This document shows, piece after piece, positions 21,495-30,511 of a DNA stretch of 64,000 nt; position 1 is the first letter of the stretch; every line of letters begins with the position of its first letter. Under the pieces are notes generated by a model. It saw nothing but the letters and a program-made list of their open reading frames with translations. It made no database searches and was not told where the DNA came from. The stretch comes from Candidatus Dojkabacteria bacterium. Its GTDB lineage: Bacteria > Patescibacteriota > Dojkabacteria > B142 > WJKM01. The DNA lies in assembly GCA_014729085.1 (NCBI GenBank), contig WJKM01000006.1, positions 88,016 to 152,015 on the forward strand, read 5' to 3'. Both the position numbers and the translations under genes were made by a program.

Positions 21495-21665
21495 AAAATA
21501 GGTATTGTCAAAAGTGTCAAGAAAATTTGGTGACAATATTGTCATTTGACAAAAAAGATTTTAAGGATTTGCATAATTGCTTATTCGTGGGAGAAATGAT
21601 AAAATATTTTTTGTCACCAAATTTTGTCAGTCAAGGTTTTCTGACAAAAATATTTAGATGTTATA
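21495..21665. promoter_or_regulatory. Divergent promoter region packed with TTGTCA/TGACAA operator-like palindromes.
   Basis: Perfect 14-bp palindrome 'TGACAATATTGTCA'. Also 'TTGGTGACAA' and 'TTGTCACCAA' as reverse complements about 80 bp apart. 'TTGTCAG-n9-CTGACAA' inverted repeat. All lie between the divergent 21275..21475(-) gene and the TrmB-like gene. Confidence 0.55.
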
Positions 21666-21694
21666 TATAAAACTCTTTAGTTTTCGGCAGAATT

Positions 21695-22474
21695 ATGGTT
21701 AAGAAATTAAGTAAAGAAATAGAAACTTATTTAACTGAATTTGGTTTATCTCCAGAGGAGATAACTATATATGTAGCTTTACTTCAATTAGGAAGAAGTT
21801 CGGTACTCGATATTTCAAGAAAAACTAAGATAAAACGATCAACAGCACATAACTATGTTGAAAAGTTGATAGCAAAAGGCATAGTAAGTCAAACAAGTCA
21901 GGGAAGTCGTAGGATGATGGTTGCTGAAGTACCAGAAAAGCTTAAATCAATACTTGATCATAAGAGATGGGAGATAAAGAGATTAGAAAATAAGTTACCA
22001 GAAGTTGTTAAAACTTTGCATTCTATGATTCCAAAGGTCGAAGAGAATACGAAAGTCGAAGTTAAGTATTATGAGGGCAAAGAACATGTCGAGAGTGCAT
22101 ATAAGCAAGTATTAAAAGCTGAAAAAGTATATGGATTCTATAATAATTCGCATATTGAATCGGCATTTCCCGGAAATGAACCTCTCTTCTACAAGGCTTT
22201 AGATGAAAATCCAGATATGGAAATATGGGAAGTAGTAGAGGATCCTCGTCCTAATAGGAAAGAGTTGAATCAGACACATGAGAGATATTACTGTAGATTT
22301 CTACCAGATGGTTTTTCTTTTGCCTATTTTGATTTAGTATTTTCTGATAAGCATATATGTATGGTTAATGTTCGTGAACAAAATCCAACTATCGTTCTAA
22401 TATACTCAGTTACAATGGCAGGAGGTATGAAAGCGTTGTTTGATATTGCATGGGAGTTTTCATTAGAAGGTTAG
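21695..22474 (+). CDS. TrmB-like winged-helix transcriptional regulator.
   Basis: N-terminal HTH 'LSPEEITIYVALLQLGRSSVLDISRKTKIKRSTAHNYVEKLIAKGIV'. Confidence 0.65.
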   Translation: MVKKLSKEIETYLTEFGLSPEEITIYVALLQLGRSSVLDISRKTKIKRSTAHNYVEKLIAKGIVSQTSQGSRRMMVAEVPEKLKSILDHKRWEIKRLENKLPEVVKTLHSMIPKVEENTKVEVKYYEGKEHVESAYKQVLKAEKVYGFYNNSHIESAFPGNEPLFYKALDENPDMEIWEVVEDPRPNRKELNQTHERYYCRFLPDGFSFAYFDLVFSDKHICMVNVREQNPTIVLIYSVTMAGGMKALFDIAWEFSLEG

Positions 22475-23469
22475 AATAATACAGCCCAATACATTCGTTG
22501 TTTTTTATATGTATGAAGTTTTAGTTTAAATTGATGTAAGCCTTTAGTTTCTGAGCCACCGACATTCAAATACTGATAGTCTTCTTTAAATAATTTTTTG
22601 CATGTGTATATAGTCGCAAAGTCATCTAAATTTGATATATGCTCTCGTAGCATAAGAGACATATATGTACATGCTGTGCTATCCGACATCCTGTAAATAT
22701 CAAAAATTCCTGCAGGGAAATTATTATATTGGAGCAAATATAGAGTCTCTTTTTTCGGAGCTGTATTAAAAATAATATTATAATAATCATAAGGATTTGA
22801 TAGATTTGAAGACAGGGTCTCAATGTTTTGGGAAAAAAATTCTTTCACGATTTTCCAGGCGATTTTTTGATCTTGTTGAGTAGTTATTTTCTTTATTTGT
22901 ATTTGATCTTTTAATTTGTCAAATACTTTGAGTGCTTTCCGAGTACTTTTTCTATTTTTTTTATTAATAAGAGTAGATTGAATGTCTGTGATTATTTCGG
23001 GGTAGGTATCATCTTCTGCATGTGCTGTAGAATGCCAGGGAAATTCTTTAGATGACTTGAATCCAGCGTTAATCAAACTATTGTATTCATTTTTAAAAAT
23101 TTTAGTGACACTAGTTGGTATCTCTTCCTCTTTTAGAATTTTATTTGAGAATTTTTTAATTTCTTTAAAAACATTTTTTCCCATAGGTCTAATCCAGTAG
23201 AAGACATTTACTTTAGGATTTTCAATTTTGGGATAAATACAGACTGCTGATAAATTTTCCCCATCATAATATTTATATCCAAGATTGGATTCACCGATAC
23301 CATACATTCCTTGTGTAATGTATGTCCATGAATTTCCATATGTGGTTTGTTTCTCTTTCTCAAAAAATTTTTGGAACAGGCTATAATCTTTTTTTGCAAT
23401 GGAGCTAAAATTTTTATTATTTCGAGTAATTTGTTTAAAAGTTCTATTCAATTTGTTAAAGTTTGGCAA
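22471..23469 (-). CDS. Hypothetical protein (332 aa), possibly a DUF2156/FemAB-like GNAT-fold aminoacyl-transferase domain protein.
   Basis: Soluble. No strong motif recognised. The length and 'YGNSWTYI...YYDGENLSAVCIYP' segment are reminiscent of the MprF C-terminal-like fold. Confidence 0.4.
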   Translation of the reverse strand: MPNFNKLNRTFKQITRNNKNFSSIAKKDYSLFQKFFEKEKQTTYGNSWTYITQGMYGIGESNLGYKYYDGENLSAVCIYPKIENPKVNVFYWIRPMGKNVFKEIKKFSNKILKEEEIPTSVTKIFKNEYNSLINAGFKSSKEFPWHSTAHAEDDTYPEIITDIQSTLINKKNRKSTRKALKVFDKLKDQIQIKKITTQQDQKIAWKIVKEFFSQNIETLSSNLSNPYDYYNIIFNTAPKKETLYLLQYNNFPAGIFDIYRMSDSTACTYMSLMLREHISNLDDFATIYTCKKLFKEDYQYLNVGGSETKGLHQFKLKLHTYKKQRMYWAVLF

Positions 23470-23718
23470 GATAATTTACTTTATTAAAAAACAATATAAA
23501 GCTTTTATATATATTTTCTATAATCTGGAAATTTTTCGTATAGTACTCTAGTTTAATTTTCTATTCAAAGCTATAATACATATCAACATAAATTTGTTAT
23601 ATTTTAAGACTTTGTTAATTAATAGCTATAAGGGAGTAAATAGCTATTAATTATATCAAACAAGTTTGCTGAATTTAATAACTGCAATTTAAGTAATGTA
23701 TCTATTAAAACAATATTC

Positions 23719-24576
23719 ATGATCTTATTATATGCTTTTATTAGCATGTTCGGGTGGGGAATAGGAGACTTTTTTGGTGCAACCTTAGCAAGAAAGGTGG
23801 GGGTGATACGTTCTCTTTTTTGGTCTTATTTAATCGGTTTAGTATTGTCTTCTTTAATTGTCATAGTATTTATTAATTCTATTCAATTAAGTATCGTAGG
23901 GGCGGTTTATGCTATTGTGGGAGGGTTTTTCCATATAGTCGGTTCTATAATGTTTTTTAAGGGCTTTAAAACAAGCAAGATTGGAATTGTTTCTACAATT
24001 ACGTCTTTGTATTCCCTCGTGATAGTCATATTCGGAGTGTTTGTTTTTAAAGAGAGTTTATCAGAAAGCCAATGGGTTGCAATTTTATTAGCATTAGTGG
24101 GTGTTACTGTTTTATCTTTTGATATTCACAAATTAAGTTCCAATCTAAAAGTTGATTTTGGCGGCAAAGGAATCTTTTTTTCAATCATCACCATGTTTGC
24201 ATGGAGTACAGCCTGGATTTTATTTAGAGAAGCAGTACGGGAATCAAGTTGGATTTTACCGCAATTTGTGTTTAACCTCTTGTCTTTTCTTGTTCTGGTT
24301 ATTTATGGTAAAGCATCAAAGGCAGATCTTTCTCTTCCAAAAGATAAGAAAATGATACTATTAATATTTTCTGATGCAGTTTTTACATTAATAGGTTTAG
24401 TAAGTTACAGTATAGGAATAATGAATTTTTACACATCGATTATTACTCCCTTTTCTTCAAGTTACCCTATTGTCACCACTTTATTGGGAAGAATTTTTTA
24501 TAAAGAGAAATTACATTTATTAAAATATATTGGCATTACCCTTGTAATTGCAGGAGTAATTGTTTTGAATTTGTAG
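23719..24576 (+). CDS. EamA/DMT-family permease with 10 TM segments.
   Basis: Duplicated 5-TM halves. Hydrophobic throughout. Confidence 0.7.
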   Translation: MILLYAFISMFGWGIGDFFGATLARKVGVIRSLFWSYLIGLVLSSLIVIVFINSIQLSIVGAVYAIVGGFFHIVGSIMFFKGFKTSKIGIVSTITSLYSLVIVIFGVFVFKESLSESQWVAILLALVGVTVLSFDIHKLSSNLKVDFGGKGIFFSIITMFAWSTAWILFREAVRESSWILPQFVFNLLSFLVLVIYGKASKADLSLPKDKKMILLIFSDAVFTLIGLVSYSIGIMNFYTSIITPFSSSYPIVTTLLGRIFYKEKLHLLKYIGITLVIAGVIVLNL

Positions 24577-24711
24577 CCTTTTTTAACTTTTTGAGCGTTT
24601 TTTGAGGAACTATTACTTCAGTTTTTGCCTTAATTAGTTTATAGTAGGTAACTTTATATCAAGATATTTTTTAATTCTTTCATAAATTACACCTCTCTCT
24701 TTACAGTTGGA

Positions 24712-25166
24712 GTGATAAAGCCAACAGCAGTATCTACAGATACTCTAACAGTCAATACGGTTCCTAACCTTAGTACAAATACAAAAACAGAAAATGATGG
24801 GGATGATACAGTTATCCCAGGGCAAACAGTGACATATACAATAACGATTCCAAATACAGGAAACGGAATGGGGACAGGAATAGCAGTGACAGAGATACTC
24901 GGGGTTTTTATAATACGGACTATGATGTATTACCAGAATCTTCTGTATCAATAGAGGAAACAATGATACCTGTATCTGAAGAGATCGAGACTGATACTCT
25001 TGTACAGACAGGCGTAGCAATTGCGAATTATGTTTTATTAGGCTTGATATTATTAGTAGCAAACGTAAGTTTGAATAATTTTGAAAGAATAATGCTGTTG
25101 ATTAATAGAATAAAAAAGAAGTATAGAAATAAGAATAAAAGAAATTTTGATAGTAATTGGAAATAA
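24712..25166 (+). pseudogene. Remnant of a cell-surface protein gene: a DUF11/CARDB-like repeat domain plus an LPXTG-like C-terminal sorting signal. It is frameshifted and lacks an N-terminal signal peptide.
   Basis: Frame 1 encodes 'PGQTVTYTITIPNTGNGMGTGIAVTE'. Frame 3, open across the junction, encodes 'DYDVLPESS...DTLVQTG-VAIANYVLLGLILLVANV-RIKKKYRNKNKR' (sortase-type motif, TM helix, basic tail). The frame change occurs near the 'ggggttttt' run at about 24900. Confidence 0.45.
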
Positions 25167-25254
25167 AAGATTGTCTAAATAGCTTCAAGTTAAGTATTCA
25201 ATTTCAAAATTTGTTAAAATCTGATTGTTAAATTTCAGTTATTATTAAGTTTAA

Positions 25255-28200
25255 ATGGGTAAAACAAAAAGCAATAATTCAGATGGAGAGCAGTATAATC
25301 ATGAAATGATCGAAGAAGCAATTCGAAAGGACTGGGCTTCAACGGGGCTTTATGATACCCCGGAAGGTGTCACGAAAGAGAATAAGTATTATATACTGCC
25401 TCAACTTCCTTATCCATCCGGAAGCGGTTTACATGTAGGACATGCAGAAGTTTATACGTCTTGTGATATTTTTGCAAGATTTATGCGTATGAAAGGAAAA
25501 AAGGTTTTACAGGTGATGGGTTGGGATGCCTTTGGACTCCCTGCCGAAAATTTTGCAATAAAAACGAATATACACCCAAGAATTAATACAGATAAAGCCA
25601 TCGATAATTTCCGTGAACAGATTAGTAAGATGGGGGTTTCTGTAGATTGGAATAGAGAAGTAGGGAGCCATAATCCAGGTTATTACAAATGGACGCAATG
25701 GTTTTTTAAACTTATGTATGACCAAGGACTTGCATATAGAAAGAACCAGGCGGTAAATTGGTGCGAGAGTTGTAAAACTGTACTTGCAAATGAACAAGTT
25801 GTAGAAGGTGCATGTGAAAGATGCGATACCGAAGTTATACAGAAAAATATGGAGCAGTGGTTTTTGGAAATAACTAAATATGCCGACAGACTTAAAGAAG
25901 ATTTGGATAAGATTGATTGGCCTGAGGAGACAGTAAAAAGACAAAGAGATTGGATAGGAAAGAGTAAAGGTGCAAACGTCAACTTTAAATGCAAAGTTCA
26001 GCATTTAGATTTGTTCTTTTCTACTAGTAACAAAGCAAAAGTCAAAAGGCTTAAAAAGATTCTAGATAAAACTGACTTAAAATACACTCTTTATACTGCA
26101 GATGATTTAGATATAGAATCCTTAAATATTAAAGAAGATGGAGATTTGGAAAGCAATGCCAAGAAAAAAGCATTAGCATATTTCGATAAAGTCAATATGC
26201 CTGTAGTTGCAGTAGACACAGGTTTATTTATAGAGGATGAGCATATAGATCCGGTTACAGTAAAAAGAAATGCTTTGGAGGGAAAGAAGGAAACAGAACT
26301 TTCACAAGAAGAAATTGGTAAGCTTATGAATTCTTATTATAAAAGCATTGCAGCTAAACATGGTGGAGAAGTAGAAGCCTATTTCAAGGATGTCTTTGCA
26401 TTTGTTTTTCCGGGTGGTAGAGTTCAAATAGCAGAGATAAGAAGGCCAATAGTCATTACTGATAAACCCAAGGGAGAACTTGATATTTATATGCCTATTA
26501 GAAATCTTTATAAAACCAAGGCAACTGGCAAATATGTTATTGAATATGGAGACAAAGGTTTCGACTTAGAGTTTGAGGAATACTTTAAAGTATTTAAGGA
26601 CGTATTTTCCTATAATTTGGAAGTATTTACGACACGGCCAGATACTTTGTACGGTGCTACTTTTATGGTAATTGCGCCGGAGCATGAATTAATTGAGAGG
26701 TTAGGCAGTACAATCCAAAATTATAAAGAGGTCAAAAAATATGTTGAACAGGCGAGATTAAAATCTGAGTTGGAAAGGCAGCAGCAAGAAAAAGAAAAGA
26801 CGGGGGTTAGAATTAGGGGAATTTATGCGATTAATCCAGTCACAAAAGAAAGAATACCAATCTTCGTAGCTGATTATGTACTTATTACTTATGGTACAGG
26901 TTCAATTATGGGAGTCCCAGCCCATGATGAAAGGGATTTCGAATTTGCATTAAAATATGACTTGTCCATAATTCCTGTAATTGATTTTGAAAAGGATGAA
27001 TATATTTGTTTTATAAAAAAAGAATGGAGGAAGAACTACCAAGATTTTTTAAAAGAAGCGGAAAAACTTGGAACAAAATTTTTAAAAAAAGGAAAGAATA
27101 AATCATTGTTATCTATTAAAAGTAATGATTTAAAAAATTTTATTAAATTAGTGAGAGATACAAGCCAAGATGGAAGTTGGTTAGATTTGGTTGGCAAGGA
27201 ATATATTGTAGTTTGGGAAGATGGTGAAGTTGAATATGTTAAAAGATTTATTAATGAAAAAGATGTTTTTGACAGACAAAAAGATACAGAGCCTGATGTT
27301 CGTGAGTTCAATAATGTTTGGGAAATGCTTTTTAATTCTACGGAATATAAGGATTATGTCTGTTATAGCGGACGCGGAAAAATTATTAATTCGGAAGATT
27401 GGAATGGATGGAAATACCCAGATGATTTTGATAAGGTACTTGATTATATAGAAGAGAAAGGTATAGGAAAAAGAAATACGATTTTTAAACTTCGAGATTG
27501 GTCTGTTTCAAGACAACGTTTTTGGGGAGCCCCTATTCCCATGCTAATAAAGGAATTAAAAAATGAAGATTCGGTAGAACTTAATGAAGTTTATAAAAGC
27601 AGTCCTGAAAAGGTAGTCCAAATGCATGCGTGGGATAGTGATCCTCAGGCTCACTTCCATTCATGGGTTGAAAAGAAGCTAGAGAAAAAAGGTATCAAAT
27701 GTGTAACACCTCAGCTTCCAAAACCGGTTAAACCAAATTTCAACGAATGGGTTCAAACGGGTGCAGATTTATTATATGAAAACTCAGAGAACTCAATTTT
27801 AGTTGGTAGAAGCTTAAGTGTTTGGAGTGCTTTGAAGGTTGCTGAAAAGAAAAAATTAAGAAAGTTAATTTTATTGTGTCCAACATTGAATATCGACAGT
27901 TGGTACAAACGTATTGAAGATGTTGTGGATAAAAAAGATGTTGCAGAATCAATTATTAATTTCGTAAAGAACAATAAAATAAATTTTGAAGCGGTTGAGA
28001 GAAATGTAGGAGAAGTTGTATTTTTCTTGTCTACGGATGATCCATATATTCCCCTAAGCGAAACAGAAGAATACATCCAAAAGATTTTTCCATGTGCTCG
28101 CATTCGAAGGTTCAGAGAATCGGGACACTTTGATGCTGAAAGTGGCTATAATACTTTCCCCGAGTTAATTGAGGAGATTGAGAAGAGTGTAAGATTAGAC

Positions 28201-29283
28201 TTAAAGAAGGTTAAACAGGAAGATTTGCCTGTCCTTCTACCTGATGATGTTGATTTCAAACCAACGGGCCAATCACCATTAACTTATTCGGATTCCTTCC
28301 AAGAAGATGTAGAAAAGATTTATGGAAAGGGATGGAGAAGAGAAGTTGATACTCTAGATACCTTTATGTGTTCGAGTTGGTATTATTATAGATATTTAGA
28401 TCCAAATAATGATGAAGCTTTTGCCTCAAAAGAATCACTTAAGAAATGGATGCCAGTTGATTTTTATATAGGTGGCCCCGAACATGTTAACGGACATTTG
28501 TTGTATTCACGATTTTTTACTAAGGTGCTTTATGATGCAGGATATATAGATTTTGATGAGCCTTTTAAATTTCATAGACATCAGGGGATGATTTTAGGTG
28601 AGGATAACAGAAAAATGAGCAAGCGATGGGGAAATGTGGTAAATCCAACAGATGTTGTTAATAAATATGGTGCAGACACCTTGAGAGTGTATGAAATGTT
28701 TATGGGACCTCTTGAACAGACTAAGGCTTGGAGTGATTCTGCGGTAAGAGGAGTGAGACGTTTTTTGCAGAGAGTTTACGATTATTCGCAAAAAGTTATT
28801 GATAATGAGTCAAACTCAAATGAAGAAGAAATTAAGGTCAGAATCGATCAGTTAATTAAAAAAATAAGTGAAGATACTAAAGAATTAAAGTTTAATACAG
28901 CAATAGCAGAGTTTATGAAATTCATGAATTTTGCAGAAGATAATAAGGTTGACATAGGAACCTGGAAGAAATTTATGCTCGTTCTTGCTCCTTATGCACC
29001 TTTTATTACAGAATACATTTGGAAGAAGTTGCTTGGTAATAAAGACTCTATACACTTAGAAGAATGGCCTCAATACGATGAGAAGCTCTTATCTTCCCAA
29101 AAGATTACAATTGCTGTACAGGTTATGGGTAAAACAAGAGGAGAAATATTAATTGATCCAGAAGAAAAGAAGGAGGACGCAGTTAATATTGCAGAAAACC
29201 ACGAAAACGTATCGAAGTATCTTAAGGACGGATATAAAAAAGCAATATATGTGAAAGGAAAAATTATTAATTTTGTTATCTAG
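25255..29283 (+). CDS. leuS: Leucyl-tRNA synthetase (1342 aa) carrying three large in-frame domain insertions.
   Basis: HIGH motif 'PYPSGSGLHVGHAEVYT'. KMSKS motif 'KMSKRWGN'. 'DWIGKSKGANVNF' and 'TTRPDTLYG' (CP1 editing) are separated by about 210 extra residues. 'GTGSIMGVPAHDERDFEFALKYDLSIIPVI' and 'RDWSVSRQRFWGAPIP' are both present. Confidence 0.92.
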   Translation: MGKTKSNNSDGEQYNHEMIEEAIRKDWASTGLYDTPEGVTKENKYYILPQLPYPSGSGLHVGHAEVYTSCDIFARFMRMKGKKVLQVMGWDAFGLPAENFAIKTNIHPRINTDKAIDNFREQISKMGVSVDWNREVGSHNPGYYKWTQWFFKLMYDQGLAYRKNQAVNWCESCKTVLANEQVVEGACERCDTEVIQKNMEQWFLEITKYADRLKEDLDKIDWPEETVKRQRDWIGKSKGANVNFKCKVQHLDLFFSTSNKAKVKRLKKILDKTDLKYTLYTADDLDIESLNIKEDGDLESNAKKKALAYFDKVNMPVVAVDTGLFIEDEHIDPVTVKRNALEGKKETELSQEEIGKLMNSYYKSIAAKHGGEVEAYFKDVFAFVFPGGRVQIAEIRRPIVITDKPKGELDIYMPIRNLYKTKATGKYVIEYGDKGFDLEFEEYFKVFKDVFSYNLEVFTTRPDTLYGATFMVIAPEHELIERLGSTIQNYKEVKKYVEQARLKSELERQQQEKEKTGVRIRGIYAINPVTKERIPIFVADYVLITYGTGSIMGVPAHDERDFEFALKYDLSIIPVIDFEKDEYICFIKKEWRKNYQDFLKEAEKLGTKFLKKGKNKSLLSIKSNDLKNFIKLVRDTSQDGSWLDLVGKEYIVVWEDGEVEYVKRFINEKDVFDRQKDTEPDVREFNNVWEMLFNSTEYKDYVCYSGRGKIINSEDWNGWKYPDDFDKVLDYIEEKGIGKRNTIFKLRDWSVSRQRFWGAPIPMLIKELKNEDSVELNEVYKSSPEKVVQMHAWDSDPQAHFHSWVEKKLEKKGIKCVTPQLPKPVKPNFNEWVQTGADLLYENSENSILVGRSLSVWSALKVAEKKKLRKLILLCPTLNIDSWYKRIEDVVDKKDVAESIINFVKNNKINFEAVERNVGEVVFFLSTDDPYIPLSETEEYIQKIFPCARIRRFRESGHFDAESGYNTFPELIEEIEKSVRLDLKKVKQEDLPVLLPDDVDFKPTGQSPLTYSDSFQEDVEKIYGKGWRREVDTLDTFMCSSWYYYRYLDPNNDEAFASKESLKKWMPVDFYIGGPEHVNGHLLYSRFFTKVLYDAGYIDFDEPFKFHRHQGMILGEDNRKMSKRWGNVVNPTDVVNKYGADTLRVYEMFMGPLEQTKAWSDSAVRGVRRFLQRVYDYSQKVIDNESNSNEEEIKVRIDQLIKKISEDTKELKFNTAIAEFMKFMNFAEDNKVDIGTWKKFMLVLAPYAPFITEYIWKKLLGNKDSIHLEEWPQYDEKLLSSQKITIAVQVMGKTRGEILIDPEEKKEDAVNIAENHENVSKYLKDGYKKAIYVKGKIINFVI

Positions 29284-29542
29284 AAAATTATTGCTTTATT
29301 TATTACTTAATTTTCCAATGAAGGAATTAAAATCCGGTATTTATAAACATTATAAAGGTAATAAATATTTGGTTTTAGGAAAAGCTAAGCATAGCGAAAC
29401 ACTTGAAGACCTTGTAGTATATATTAGCTTGTATGATAATGAAATGAGTAAGATTTGGGTTAGACCAGTTGAGATGTTTCTAGAGGAAGTTGAATATGAT
29501 GGAAGGAAGATGCCAAGGTTTAAGTATTTAGACGAGAATTAA
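29273..29542 (+). CDS. DUF1653 family protein. The true start is probably the M of 'MKELKSGIYKHYKG' at 29318.
   Basis: 'GIYKHYKGNKYLVLGKAKHSETLEDLVVYISLYD...WVRPVEMF' matches the DUF1653 signature. Confidence 0.7.
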   Translation: MLSRKLLLYLLLNFPMKELKSGIYKHYKGNKYLVLGKAKHSETLEDLVVYISLYDNEMSKIWVRPVEMFLEEVEYDGRKMPRFKYLDEN

Positions 29543-29608
29543 AATATTTTTTGTACTGCAGTACAATGCAAGTTTGTTTATTTTCAATTATTATTATCAT
29601 GAATTGCA

Positions 29609-30472
29609 ATGTTCCAAGATGAGGAAACAAGAAAATTTATGCTTTACGCTTTTGGAACCGGTATTTTGATGGTAGTAATGGCTTGCGTAGTACTGACATG
29701 TCTTGTTCCCGGTAATGAAAGGAACTGCCGAGTACCATTTGTGGTTGAAAATGAAGATGAAACTGATTTTATATATACTGATCCACCTGAGTATAAATTG
29801 AAGGAAGATACGGATTATAAAGCAATATTACATACAAATAAAGGTGATATAAAAATTGATTTATTTGAAGAAGCTGCGCCTACAACTGTAAATAATTTTG
29901 TCTTTCTTTCTTTGGAAGGCTATTACAATGAAGTAAAGTGGCATAGAGTTTTTAGAGATTTGTTGATACAAACGGGGAGTAGGAAGTCACTAGATGATGA
30001 TCCTGAGAATGATGGATACGGCAGCCCAGGCTATACGATTCCGGATGAAATAAATTGGGATGCCTTAGATATTCCAGAAAAAAAGAGGAAAGAATTAAGG
30101 GAAGCAGAATACGAAAGTACTCCAGGATTGGCTTCTAAACCAATGAGGAAATATTCAGTGGCAATGGCAAATGAACATCGAGGAAATACTAATGGCAGCC
30201 AATTTTTTATTGTAACAGCTGAAGATACAGATACGCGATTAGAAGCATTAGAAGGCAAACATACAGTTTTTGGAGAAGTAATTGATGGTTTTGAAGCTGT
30301 AAAGGAAATTAATGAAGTGAAGGTAGATGATTCTGATCCAGATGCTCCATATCCTAAGCGAGATGTGTATATTGATACGGTTGATATTATCGAGATTAGG
30401 GAAGAAGGTGTATACGAGAATGGTACAAAGACCGACAATGCAGAAAAAGATCAAACTATTAGATTGGATTGA
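29609..30472 (+). CDS. Membrane-anchored cyclophilin-type peptidyl-prolyl cis-trans isomerase.
   Basis: N-terminal TM helix. Cyclophilin core 'HTNKGDIKIDLFEEAAPTTVNNFVFL...WHRV', 'SVAMANEHRGNTNGSQFFIV' and 'HTVFGEVIDG'. Confidence 0.85.
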   Translation: MFQDEETRKFMLYAFGTGILMVVMACVVLTCLVPGNERNCRVPFVVENEDETDFIYTDPPEYKLKEDTDYKAILHTNKGDIKIDLFEEAAPTTVNNFVFLSLEGYYNEVKWHRVFRDLLIQTGSRKSLDDDPENDGYGSPGYTIPDEINWDALDIPEKKRKELREAEYESTPGLASKPMRKYSVAMANEHRGNTNGSQFFIVTAEDTDTRLEALEGKHTVFGEVIDGFEAVKEINEVKVDDSDPDAPYPKRDVYIDTVDIIEIREEGVYENGTKTDNAEKDQTIRLD

Positions 30473-30511
30473 ATCTGGACAGGATATTTGTTTATTTTTT
30501 AAAAACAGATA

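Noticed and set aside
25987-28215. LeuS insertions as inteins.
   Set aside because: The insert boundaries lack Cys/Ser N-termini and the His-Asn C-terminus followed by Cys/Ser/Thr. The inserts show enzyme-fold motifs instead.
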